A stretch of 51,549 bases of DNA. Origin: Peptococcaceae bacterium UBA2264 (GTDB lineage Bacteria; Bacillota; Desulfitobacteriia; Desulfitobacteriales; Desulfitobacteriaceae). The translations under genes were made by a program, and so were the position numbers. Numbering within the stretch: position 1 is the first letter of the stretch; every line of letters starts with the position of its first letter. The notes beneath the pieces are model-generated. The model had not been told where the DNA came from. It saw nothing but the letters and a program-made list of their open reading frames with translations, and searched no databases. Positions 29,352 to 38,833 of this stretch are shown here, piece after piece. Where the stretch lies: the NCBI GenBank assembly GCA_002347475.1, contig DDXI01000068.1, forward strand, positions 1 through 51,549, given 5' to 3'.

Positions 29352-29696
29352 TCAGGCAGCAATCTTTAAAATCCAAAGGACATGAAACATTAAGACTATT
29401 GTATAGACGATCAGAATTAGCCCCAAGGAATAATTTACAAACCTGCGTGATCTATTCTTTAACTGCCAAAATATAACTCCGACAACAACCGGTAAAGCCA
29501 GCTTGACTGCCATAAAGCCACCCGAGCTTTTGGTTACCAGTAATTGCATCAGGGGATTCACTTCCTTTATTGTTTTGAGGCCTAATCCCCAAAGGGTTAA
29601 TCCTCCGTCAATAGCACTGAGTATAAATAAAGTTGCCAAAGCAAGGAGGAGCTTTTTATCTGCAGTAATATTTTTTGTTGGAAACATAATAAACAA
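29352..29696 (-). CDS. Small polytopic membrane protein (DUF5658-like)
   Basis: 'LSAIDGGLTLWGL...EVNPLM' pattern and 3-4 TM helices. Confidence 0.5.
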   Translation of the reverse strand: MFIMFPTKNITADKKLLLALATLFILSAIDGGLTLWGLGLKTIKEVNPLMQLLVTKSSGGFMAVKLALPVVVGVIFWQLKNRSRRFVNYSLGLILIVYTIVLMFHVLWILKIAA

Positions 29697-30193
29697 AAGA
29701 CTCCTTACATTCTATTGTCGACAGTAACAATGCTGCACCTTTTCAACACATTTCGGCTGCACTTCCGATTCTTATTCTTATATCCTCAGTACATAAAACA
29801 ATACCTGCTGTTCAAAACAATGGCGGTTTTGCACCTCAGATGAATTATAATCAGCCATCATTATTCTGTTAGGCATGATGCTCGTTCCATCCTGCCGGAG
29901 TATTCACAATCCTTGTATTATCTTAATCATTTTCAAAGAAATATAATTCCTTATCTTTAAGACCTATAATAACTTACCCGCAAGGTCAGCATCTCAGCCG
30001 GTCCTGCGGGTCCGTTTTATTGTGATTCTCCCTTGACTCGCAAGGTTCACTATGATTCAGATACCATTCCAAAGCCTTAATTCGTTGCTGACCCAGGTTT
30101 TCCAGAAAAACCAGCACTATCCAAGGGCCCCCAATACAATTATTCAAACATGGATAATTTCATAATATTCTATTGCCCTTAAGTCATGATAAT

Positions 30194-31090
30194 TTAATTT
30201 GTCGTCACTGTAACGGTTCCTGTTGTAACGGTATCGTCTGCCGAGTCTGTGACAGTTGCCGCAAATTTCATTTTCTTATTTGCTCCGCTGGGCGAGTTCC
30301 ATGTAATCGAATTACCGCTGACACTTGGCGCATTGCCTTCAGAACTTATAACTGTAATTTCATAAGAATACGGAGCTGTTCCACCAGCAGCATTAGCTGT
30401 ATAAGTATACGTAGTCCCTTTAGGAACAGTAGTATTCGGAGTATTTAATAAGGCCAGTACTTCTTCTTCCTCTTCTTCTGAAGGCGGCGGGGCCGCAGGA
30501 CTTTCAGCTGATTCGAACGGAGGCGGATTATAATTATACTGAATTGATGCAAATTCACTGCTGTCAAAACTGCCTGCGCCAATTTGAATCTCATCGTCAG
30601 TAATAATATTGTTCAGCAACACTTCCGTCGCATAAGACTCGGTTTTTCCCTTAAGCGTAATTCCCAGAAAGTATTTGCCGCCGCTTTTTCTTAAACTGAA
30701 AAAAATGTCTTCCACCTCAGCATCGGAAATATCACTGAAAGCGGCAGCACTGCCCTTGCGTATACCGCTATCGCTCAGAAAGACAAAATTATCTGCATCA
30801 TGATCATCATCTAAACCAAGGGCAGCTATTTCATCACTGCTGGCAAAAGAATCGTTACCCAAGTCAATATAGCCGATGTTTCTGAATTCGTCTGTCAAGG
30901 TGTAGGATGCCAGACGCAGACTGGACTGTTCCTTCATTGCTGCTGAACCTTTGCTGAAGGAATTCGCATTATAGCTGAAAATCGACATACCCATAGCCGT
31001 GACAATCCCAAGAATTGCTAAGGAGACCAGTATTTCCACCATTGTGAATCCATCCTCATTATCCTTAGAAAATAAATTCCATATCTTCAA
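30194..31090 (-). CDS. Minor pilin with acidic linker and C-terminal Ig-like domain
   Basis: TTG start follows GGAGG. It has the prepilin motif 'DG/FTMVEILVSLAILGIV', a 'PPPSEEEEEEV' linker, and a C-terminal 'ANAAGGTAPYSYEI...TVTVTTN' Ig-like pattern. Confidence 0.75.
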   Translation of the reverse strand: MKIWNLFSKDNEDGFTMVEILVSLAILGIVTAMGMSIFSYNANSFSKGSAAMKEQSSLRLASYTLTDEFRNIGYIDLGNDSFASSDEIAALGLDDDHDADNFVFLSDSGIRKGSAAAFSDISDAEVEDIFFSLRKSGGKYFLGITLKGKTESYATEVLLNNIITDDEIQIGAGSFDSSEFASIQYNYNPPPFESAESPAAPPPSEEEEEEVLALLNTPNTTVPKGTTYTYTANAAGGTAPYSYEITVISSEGNAPSVSGNSITWNSPSGANKKMKFAATVTDSADDTVTTGTVTVTTN

Positions 31091-31105
31091 TTCTAATCCT
31101 CCTTC

Positions 31106-31480
31106 CTATTGTGCCGGATTGATTGCCGAAGATACATATACTTTGAAGGTTTCATCTAAGTGAAAAGCGCTGGATTCCTTGTCCATACGAAAACCGGAAA
31201 CTGTAAAATCCGGAACATCTGTTGTGCTTGCCCACGAAATGCTTAAATCTTCTGCTGCAGGAAGAGGACTGACAGCATAAGGATCTTTCGTCCCCAGAAA
31301 ATCTTCCAGATCTGCCTGGATCTCATAATTATTTTGCATATAATCTTTGCTGGCAAACAAGGTTTGCCTGGCAAAGCGTATACCGGCATACAGGGCCACG
31401 GCAATAATACCAATCAGGGCTATAGAGATGATTATTTCAATTAAGGTAAATCCTTGTTGATTCCTTATTCTTTCTTTCAT
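31106..31480 (-). CDS. Minor pilin (prepilin-type N-terminal cleavage/methylation domain)
   Basis: 'NQQG/FTLIEIIISIALIGII' motif, with the start at the ATG after AGGAG. Confidence 0.75.
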   Translation of the reverse strand: MKERIRNQQGFTLIEIIISIALIGIIAVALYAGIRFARQTLFASKDYMQNNYEIQADLEDFLGTKDPYAVSPLPAAEDLSISWASTTDVPDFTVSGFRMDKESSAFHLDETFKVYVSSAINPAQ

Positions 31481-31484
31481 CCTC

Positions 31485-32729
31485 TTACTCCTCTTCCCAA
31501 TAAGCAAACTGGATAGATTCAAGGCGGATCGGATTGGAGTCACTGGGAGTTGCAGAAGTGATCTGCACATTTGCATCAATATCTACTGTTTTGCAATATA
31601 ATCCGCCATATAAATGTGTTTGCGGATTCTTCATATCCACCTTGGCTTCAGGCCCAATAATATACCCGTAAAACTCACCGTTGACATCGAGATTCATATG
31701 GGAGTTATCAGCCAGATAGACTCTGATTCTGTCGGAATCTGCAGGTGCTCCTATTGACATATGAGGTGAGCTCAAGACTAAATCGTAATCATCTTCATCT
31801 TCACTGGTGGAGTCGTCGATTACATGGATTTCTATATTTCCACTACCGCTTAAAGTGACATCGCCATTAATTTCAAGTGAGTCTTCCACAATAAGCATCA
31901 GGTTATTGTTCCCTGTAATCTCAATATCACTGAGAGAAGAAGTACCTGACAGCCAGACAACCATCCAGGGATCTGAAGGTGAAGTGTCGTCATAGACCAT
32001 ACTCACCTCATGCGTGTCTTCATCTTCCTGCTTCTCAAAATCAGCATTACTGGTATCAATTGTCAGCAAGGGCAGGTCATGACCGTCAACACCGCCGGAA
32101 AATATAGAGGATACCTCCACGAGCGGAGCAAGCGGGTCAGCTTCAGTCAGATTGCTCTCAACATCACTGAGATCGACCTCACTGATTTCCGGGTTAAATA
32201 TCACATTTTCATTGGCATATGGCCTAAACTCTGTGTCATAACTAGAATTTTTGAAGACGATGGTTCCTCCCGAGCCGATATCATCGTTTAAATACCCCAA
32301 TTGGATATCTTCCATGGGATCCTTAGTGAATATAACATATTGCATTTTGGTATTCGGATTGTACTTTAATACTGCTTTGACTTCCTCCTCAGCATTTTGG
32401 TAGGTTCCTGTTGATACCACTTTAAAATCATCACCAGTACGCTCGACACTGACAACAAAACTGCCATCGCCAAAGTCTGTAGCATCTGTTGTATGCGGAG
32501 TTGTGAAATCATTCCAGTATTCCTTGTCAATAGTCAACAACCGGTGAATCATGGTATCCGCACCGGCCCGGGCGATATAGTAAGCCTTCATGTTTTTGGT
32601 TTGGTCAATGGTTTGCCTGCTCTCCGACTGGCTCAAAGCAACCATACCGGTAACCAGGATTACCCCCACAACCATTAAAAGCAGGGTGGCTACCAGGGCT
32701 GCCCCTTTTTCATTCGTCGCTTTTTTCAA
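31485..32729 (-). CDS. PilX-like pilus assembly / minor pilin-associated protein
   Basis: It has a 'KGAALVATLLLMVVGVILVTG' PilX_N-type hydrophobic N-terminus. The TTG start was chosen after GGAGGGAG; the ORF stays open to 32744. Confidence 0.6.
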   Translation of the reverse strand: MKKATNEKGAALVATLLLMVVGVILVTGMVALSQSESRQTIDQTKNMKAYYIARAGADTMIHRLLTIDKEYWNDFTTPHTTDATDFGDGSFVVSVERTGDDFKVVSTGTYQNAEEEVKAVLKYNPNTKMQYVIFTKDPMEDIQLGYLNDDIGSGGTIVFKNSSYDTEFRPYANENVIFNPEISEVDLSDVESNLTEADPLAPLVEVSSIFSGGVDGHDLPLLTIDTSNADFEKQEDEDTHEVSMVYDDTSPSDPWMVVWLSGTSSLSDIEITGNNNLMLIVEDSLEINGDVTLSGSGNIEIHVIDDSTSEDEDDYDLVLSSPHMSIGAPADSDRIRVYLADNSHMNLDVNGEFYGYIIGPEAKVDMKNPQTHLYGGLYCKTVDIDANVQITSATPSDSNPIRLESIQFAYWEEE

Positions 32730-32877
32730 ATGATCTCCCTCCAATCAAGGAATTATGGTATCAGACAACTCTAAGTGCAGGATTTATAAGAATCAACTCA
32801 AGTCTTATCCTTCCCGGGTCATTGGACAGTTAAATTACTTCCGGACAACAGCAATTCAACTGACGCCAATGCAATTA

Positions 32878-33621
32878 TTAATTGCCGCTATTCTTTTTGA
32901 TATTTGTCAGGTCTTCTTCCAGCATATCTGCTCGCAGATTCTTAATACTGCGGTCCTTGACCCGGCTCACCTGTTTTTGCGTCATCCCCAGCTTTTCAGC
33001 CACTTGCTGCTGAGTCATATCCCGATAGAAAAGCAGGTGAATAACTTTCTGTTGAATGTCTGTCAATTTCTTGAGGGCCTGGTTGAGAGTCAGCTTGTCT
33101 TCGATAGGCAAACGGAAGGTATTGTATACTGAACTATGAATCTTGCTGGTGTCAATCTCATCAAAGCTCACTATCCCGGCCTTCATAACCTCACTCACAC
33201 TCTCCTCTTTAATATTCAGTTCGCGAGCTATGTGGGCGGTTGAGGGAACGTCTCCATGGATCTTGGCATACTCTTCGACCACTTTGTCCACCTTATACTG
33301 GAGCTCGACGATGCAGCCCGGGCGGTAATAGGAGGCTTGCTTGCGCACCAGATGCCTGACCTCACCCTTGATGGCATGAGAAGCATAAGTAACGAAGCTT
33401 GTCTCTCTGCTTGGGTCATAACTAATCAAAGCTTTCATCAGCGCAAGGTTTCCCGTCTGCAAAAGATCATCTTTGGCATACCCTCCGCCATAAAGGCGAG
33501 CAAAATAGTGGATTAGACCTGCAGCAGATTTCACAACCTCCTGCAGGGTATCTTCATCCTTGTGTTGATAATAATTGTGAACAGCAACATCCAACGATTG
33601 GGTACGGTGGGACATTTCCAT
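32878..33621 (-). CDS. Sigma-70 family sigma factor of the SigB/SigF/SigG (group 3) type
   Basis: Region 2 reads 'DDLLQTGNLALMKALISYDP...FVTYASHAIKGEV'. Region 4 has the HTH 'MTQQQVAEKLGMTQKQVSRVKDRSIKNL'. Length is 247 aa. Confidence 0.85.
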   Translation of the reverse strand: MEMSHRTQSLDVAVHNYYQHKDEDTLQEVVKSAAGLIHYFARLYGGGYAKDDLLQTGNLALMKALISYDPSRETSFVTYASHAIKGEVRHLVRKQASYYRPGCIVELQYKVDKVVEEYAKIHGDVPSTAHIARELNIKEESVSEVMKAGIVSFDEIDTSKIHSSVYNTFRLPIEDKLTLNQALKKLTDIQQKVIHLLFYRDMTQQQVAEKLGMTQKQVSRVKDRSIKNLRADMLEEDLTNIKKNSGN

Positions 33622-33958
33622 TCTTCTGCACCTCTAAAAGAGAACAATACATCACGTCTCTCCCCGGAAATAATTCTGATTCTGATCAGTTTCCGGCTTT
33701 GCGGAAAAGCCGACTTAATTTGAGAGTTGATAAAATTAATGAAAGCTGCCTCTATTACTATTCAGATAGATTGTTGTATTAAATATGCAGATATGCACCT
33801 TTCTGTTTGAATATTGGTAAGTTCATTTACTTCCATTTTACCAAGCGGAAAGGTGCTATCTCTGCCATTATACAATATTGTTTTACTAAAACTTGATCAC
33901 CGACAGGTTTGGAGATATTTTTTAATGCATAAGATGAGTTTGATATATGCCTGAACCC

Positions 33959-34795
33959 TTAATTGAAGAGATCAGCCTTACCGTAACTATTCTGGATCGT
34001 CCAGGCATTAAAGGGATCCAGCCCCTGGTCAACCTTCTCCACAGCATAGAAAGCCAAACTGAGGGTTGCTTTCTGATAGTTTTCATTACTGGCTTTTTGG
34101 ATGGTAACTTCCTCAATGGCAATTTTTCGGTTCAGCTTTTCCAAGCCGGCAATAACAGCTTTGATCTGAGTGTAACTGCCCTGAATTTCCAGTGTGGCAG
34201 GCACCCTGAGTATGGCATCAGCCGGTAATGTCTTGGAATCAGCCTTATTGTCCTTCTTGGTCTCCGTACTGCTCTCAGTTGCTGCTGTTGTACCTGCCTG
34301 ATCAGCTCCGGCTGCATTGATCTTCTTGGCTAAACTGAGAAGCGGATATTCCTGCAGTACCAAATTAGTATTTTTTTTCTGTTGGGGTACTGCTCCTACC
34401 TCCGGATCATCGAAGGTAATCATTTGAGCCACAGCTCCGCTATTCCCAATGATACCCTCCAGCATCACCACATAGCGGTCCTTGTAAGGATAAACCTTGG
34501 GAAAAAACCCGGCTGTATTCTTGATAGTCTTGGCCAGAGCCACCTCATAATCCTGGCTGATCTGGAATTCATTGGCCAGATCACTTTTGGCTTGGGCTAC
34601 TTTGGCATCCATCTGGGTTTTCTCGGTTTTCAGTTTTTGGGCTACTGCATTCAAAGGCCGATAAAGAAAATAATAACTTAAAACTATCAGGACGAAAACA
34701 GCTAGTCCGACAAGTAGTTTTTTATCCCTTTCAGTAGCTTTCAGACGCAGGGATTTAAGATTATTCTTATTATATTTCAATTTGGGCAGCTTCAT
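33959..34795 (-). CDS. pilO: PilO-like pilus assembly protein
   Basis: It has a single N-terminal TM helix followed by a coiled coil. Its start overlaps the pilN stop (ATGA), and the call rests on synteny after pilM-pilN. Confidence 0.6.
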   Translation of the reverse strand: MKLPKLKYNKNNLKSLRLKATERDKKLLVGLAVFVLIVLSYYFLYRPLNAVAQKLKTEKTQMDAKVAQAKSDLANEFQISQDYEVALAKTIKNTAGFFPKVYPYKDRYVVMLEGIIGNSGAVAQMITFDDPEVGAVPQQKKNTNLVLQEYPLLSLAKKINAAGADQAGTTAATESSTETKKDNKADSKTLPADAILRVPATLEIQGSYTQIKAVIAGLEKLNRKIAIEEVTIQKASNENYQKATLSLAFYAVEKVDQGLDPFNAWTIQNSYGKADLFN

Positions 34796-35352
34796 TGGGC
34801 AGCCACCTCCTTAAGATCGCATAACAGGCTAAAATTATAGGAATCTGAATCCTTGTTTTTGGTTACAGAATTAACGTGGACCCTGTTAAACAGACCAGTT
34901 GCCTCCAGGTTATGGCTAAATTCAGCCGCTGTCGTCCAGGCAGGAGCGTTTCCTTCCAGTTTAAGCTGTGTTTCTTCCAGGCCTAAATTCCTTAAACTGG
35001 CAGCAGCAGGGCAGGCATTCTGGATCTTGTCCAAAAATTCCGTGCTAACCCGGTCGCTAAGCGCAACTTTTTGTCCGGCCTTAGTCAATTCAGCATCATA
35101 TTTTATCATACTCTGGCTGGCTGTTTTTTTGGCGTCGATCACTGCTAACCTGGTCTTGACATCCGGCGAATTCAGGAATTTCTCACTATTTTGAATACTG
35201 GTGTACATATACAAGATTCTAAGACCCAAAATACCGTAAAACAATGCTATTACCAGGATTACTCCCAAAACAATTTTACGGGTTTTTTTGGTTTTTTTCT
35301 GCAATTGCTCTTTTTCTTTAGTAAAAGTGGAAAAAAAGTTAATATCATTCAT
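34792..35352 (-). CDS. pilN: PilN-like pilus assembly protein
   Basis: 'INFFS...' N-terminus, one TM helix, and the gene follows pilM. The start was chosen at the ATG after AGGTGA. Confidence 0.7.
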   Translation of the reverse strand: MNDINFFSTFTKEKEQLQKKTKKTRKIVLGVILVIALFYGILGLRILYMYTSIQNSEKFLNSPDVKTRLAVIDAKKTASQSMIKYDAELTKAGQKVALSDRVSTEFLDKIQNACPAAASLRNLGLEETQLKLEGNAPAWTTAAEFSHNLEATGLFNRVHVNSVTKNKDSDSYNFSLLCDLKEVAAQ

Positions 35353-35366
35353 ATCATCACCTGCTC

Positions 35367-36398
35367 TCAAAGCCTGATTAACGCCCCGGCGGCGTTGACA
35401 ATAGTACCCAGGGCGGGCTGATTATCCTGTAGTTGAATTGTATTGAGCCGCTGCAACTGTTGGACTTCAAAACTCAGTCCCCGAGCCAGATAGGGAGCCA
35501 ATCCGGTCAGCGGAGCCCCTCCGCCCATCAAGTAGATTTTTTTCAGAGCCTTACCGCCGCTGCGGCTTTGGAAATACTGCACTACTTTACGCAGTTCTTC
35601 CAATAAATCACCATATAAAGGTCTAATTGCTGTCAGGATTTCATTGTCTTCCTGAATACTTGTTCCAGACAGATATTCCAGCTTTTTATTTTCCGCCTCT
35701 TCTTCAGACATGGTAAGCAGGCTGGCCAGCCGGCTGTCAATCACTTTGCCACCAAAACCGATAGCCCGGAAGAAATCCAGACTCCCCTGGGATAACAGAT
35801 AAATCATACTGCCTGAATAGCCAATATCCAGAAGAATATAACTTTCTTCCTCTAGGCTGTCCCCATTAATTATGGGCTGTCCGCTGAAAAGTTTGGAGAT
35901 CACATTAGGGTGAATATCCAGAGCCACAGGTTCCAGCCCCAGGTCTTCCAGCAGGTTTAAATAATTCTCGGCTATTTCCCTGTTCAGCACTGCAACCCTG
36001 ACTTTAACCTTTTGTTGGCCATTCTCCTCAAACTCGGCAATTTTCCTGTACTCGACCAGATCGCCTTCAGAAATCCCGAAATATTGGGTAATCTCGCTGT
36101 TAATCATAGCCGTCAATTCCTGGGGATCTCCCGCCGGAATTGTGAATTCACGGATAATCACACTGTTGGCGTTAATAGTAATAATCACCTTGCGTGAAGA
36201 GACAGCGATCCTGTCCAGTGCAGTCTGCATGGCCAGGCTGAGAGCTTCCTGATTGGTAATTAAACCGTCTTTGATAGTTCCCCTGGTAAGCTCAACTACG
36301 GTGCTGTTGAATATTTTGACAGTTGTACCACTTATTTGTCCTTCCACTAAGTGCAGATTCCTGGTTCCAATGTCAAAAGCCAGATATGTATTTGACAA
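35367..36398 (-). CDS. pilM: Type IV pilus assembly ATPase-like protein PilM (actin/FtsA fold)
   Basis: It has 'LAFDIGTRNLHLV' and 'LLDIGYSGS' phosphate-binding-type motifs, and the 343-aa length fits. Confidence 0.85.
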   Translation of the reverse strand: MSNTYLAFDIGTRNLHLVEGQISGTTVKIFNSTVVELTRGTIKDGLITNQEALSLAMQTALDRIAVSSRKVIITINANSVIIREFTIPAGDPQELTAMINSEITQYFGISEGDLVEYRKIAEFEENGQQKVKVRVAVLNREIAENYLNLLEDLGLEPVALDIHPNVISKLFSGQPIINGDSLEEESYILLDIGYSGSMIYLLSQGSLDFFRAIGFGGKVIDSRLASLLTMSEEEAENKKLEYLSGTSIQEDNEILTAIRPLYGDLLEELRKVVQYFQSRSGGKALKKIYLMGGGAPLTGLAPYLARGLSFEVQQLQRLNTIQLQDNQPALGTIVNAAGALIRL

Positions 36399-36440
36399 AC
36401 ATATTCCTCCTTTGTCTCAGTATTTATCTCTCCCTGTTTT

Positions 36441-37664
36441 TTAGCCGACAGTAGAGTATACTTTAAACATTGCCATAGCAATAGAAATAACTATAAAGCC
36501 AACAATGACCGCCATTAGGACAATCAGAAGCGGTTCAAAGATCGCCAGCATACGCTGTATAGCTACATCCGCTTCCTCGTCATAATAAACAGAAGTCTTG
36601 TCCAAAATCTCTTCCAGGGATCCTGATTCTTCGCCGATATTGATCATGGAGTAGATCATGGCCGGAAATATTCCTACTCTCCTGATAGCCTGAGAAAGAC
36701 TGGAGCCTTTGCTCATGTCTTCCTTGGCACCAAGCAGGCCGTCAGTGACAACTTTATTTCCCAGTACCTTGGAGGTTATATCTATACAGTTCAGGAGCGG
36801 TATCCCGCTGCTCAGCAGAATAGACAAGGTCCGGGTAAAACGGGCGGAGATAACCTTGATCGCAACGTTTTTAAACATAGGTATTTTTAACTTGGCTCCA
36901 TCCCAGCTCAGTCTGCCCTGTTCAGTCTTGATGTATTTGTTCCAGGCATAAACCAAGGCAGCCAGGCCCAGCAGAATAAGATACCAGAAATTTGAGAAAA
37001 AATTGCTCATGCCAATTAGAATCCGGGTTGGCAAGGGCAGAGACACTCCGCTGCTTTCAAATAAGCCGATAAAGGTCGGCAGAACGAAAGCAAAAAGTAT
37101 CATAACAACCAGAACGGTAACAATACTGAGGATAATCGGATAGATCATGGCAGAAATAAGTTTGGACCTAAGTTTTCGTTCCTTGTCGAAGTGCTCAGCC
37201 ATTTTCTGGAGCACCATATCAAGTTTACCGCTGGCTTCACCGGATTCCACCATATTAATCAGTATTGTCGGGAAAGCTTCGCCTTGCTTGCGCATAGCCT
37301 CAGAAAGTAGATCCCCTTTCTGAACAGTCTCATAGACTTTGAGGACGACAGACTTGCATTTCTTACTCTCGGTCTGCTGATAAATGACATCGAGGGCTTT
37401 GATAACAGTTACCCCGGCCATGAGCAGAACATAAAACTGACGACAAAATATAGCCAAGTCTTTAAGACTCAGTTTATTAGAGGTAGTTCTACCAAGAGAA
37501 GTCAAGAAAGTCATATTTACAGGTTGACGTTTTTGACTGACATCCAGACAAAAAAGCTGGCGTTCCTTAATTGCCTGATAAAAACCCTGTATGTTCTCCG
37601 CTTCCAAGACACCACTGATTATCTGCCCGGAAAAATCCTTGGCCTGGTAATTATACAGAGGCAT
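36441..37664 (-). CDS. pilC: Type IV pilus platform protein PilC (GspF family)
   Basis: 'MPLYNYQAKDFSG' N-terminus, duplicated GspF domains and three TM helices. Confidence 0.9.
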   Translation of the reverse strand: MPLYNYQAKDFSGQIISGVLEAENIQGFYQAIKERQLFCLDVSQKRQPVNMTFLTSLGRTTSNKLSLKDLAIFCRQFYVLLMAGVTVIKALDVIYQQTESKKCKSVVLKVYETVQKGDLLSEAMRKQGEAFPTILINMVESGEASGKLDMVLQKMAEHFDKERKLRSKLISAMIYPIILSIVTVLVVMILFAFVLPTFIGLFESSGVSLPLPTRILIGMSNFFSNFWYLILLGLAALVYAWNKYIKTEQGRLSWDGAKLKIPMFKNVAIKVISARFTRTLSILLSSGIPLLNCIDITSKVLGNKVVTDGLLGAKEDMSKGSSLSQAIRRVGIFPAMIYSMINIGEESGSLEEILDKTSVYYDEEADVAIQRMLAIFEPLLIVLMAVIVGFIVISIAMAMFKVYSTVG

Positions 37665-37928
37665 TAATTGATTCACTTCCTTTCGCTTTTTAAGTTAAAA
37701 AATTATTGCAGATGTATATGAAATAATTTTTTATGTTATTATAGCATAAAATTACCATCAGATTTAAGAATTTATCCAGATAACTTGCCTAAATTCTCAA
37801 ATTCAGTGCTTTTGTCTCTCAACTGAATAGGACTTTGGTAGTTGATTTCATTTATATTTGCCAAGTAAAATAGTACTTTTGTATCTTAACACCCCAGACA
37901 GCCAGATAATTCTCAATATGGTTTAAAC

Positions 37929-38612
37929 TCAGAAGCAATTCAGATACCAGGAAAGCAGTTCCCGGCCGTAAAGAATACTCACAATTATCCCCATTACCAA
38001 AAATGGCCCGAACGGGATCTCTGTTTTCAGATTCCCTTTCCCACCGGCTAAAATCCCCAGCCCGACTGTTCCGCCAATTATGGAAGCCAGAAAAAGAGCC
38101 AAAAAAGTTGCCTTCCAGCCCAAACAAAATCCGATTACCGTCATCAGCTTGACATCCCCGATCCCCATGCCTCCCCTCGACAATATCACGATCAGCAGCA
38201 GCACTGCGCCGGCTGCCACAAAACCGATAAATCTGGCTGGCCAGGATACATCCCGACTGAAAAAGGCCAGCAGGAATCCGGCTGGCAGCAGGCTGAGAAC
38301 ACTCCAATTGGGGATCAGCATAGTCTTAAAATCGATTAAAGCCAGCAGTAACAGAATTGTTACCATAAAGCAATAAGCCCCAGTTTCCACTGTCAGACCA
38401 TAGATTTGAAAAAGCAAGACAAAGAGCCCGGCCGTAAGTAAAGGCAACAGATATGCAGGATGATATTTTTTCTCTTCAGCAGAAAACCAACCGGCGATAT
38501 TTTCCTCCTGCCTGCTTAAAAAGCGCTGCAGAATACCTGCGGAGATGCTGCCGCTCAGCAGACCGCCAAGTATAAATCCTAAATTTGCCATCCAGGCAGA
38601 TTCTATAACCAT
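37929..38612 (-). CDS. pilD: Prepilin peptidase PilD (A24 family, peptidase domain only)
   Basis: It is polytopic, with 'LIDFKTMLIPN' and 'GMGIGDVKLM' aspartate motifs. I saw no N-terminal Cys-rich methyltransferase region. Confidence 0.88.
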   Translation of the reverse strand: MVIESAWMANLGFILGGLLSGSISAGILQRFLSRQEENIAGWFSAEEKKYHPAYLLPLLTAGLFVLLFQIYGLTVETGAYCFMVTILLLLALIDFKTMLIPNWSVLSLLPAGFLLAFFSRDVSWPARFIGFVAAGAVLLLIVILSRGGMGIGDVKLMTVIGFCLGWKATFLALFLASIIGGTVGLGILAGGKGNLKTEIPFGPFLVMGIIVSILYGRELLSWYLNCF

Positions 38613-38833
38613 TCTTTCAGACTCCCTTTTTGTTTTTGATTATAGGACAATTATACGACAATTACCTCAGTTAACCGGGAAAAACATCCCAGTATAACAG
38701 GGAAAAATATCCTGAATATCAGCTTCTGCTGTATAAATTTGTTTATTTTTAGCCTGCTCTATAATAAAATAATGAAGTAATCTGATATTATTATACCTGT
38801 TAATAAGAAATTAAGACAGAATAGGGGTTAAAA

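Noticed and set aside
32745-32877. A possible sigma-28/SigF-type promoter (TAAA...CTGATA) upstream of the pilX-like gene that the embedded sigma factor might read.
   Set aside because: The spacing (17-18 nt) and the -10 match are poor, so the sequence alone does not support it.
37852-38307. A 151-aa ORF overlapping pilD in another frame.
   Set aside because: It lies entirely within or overlapping the well-supported prepilin peptidase gene, and its Arg/Gly-rich translation has no motifs.
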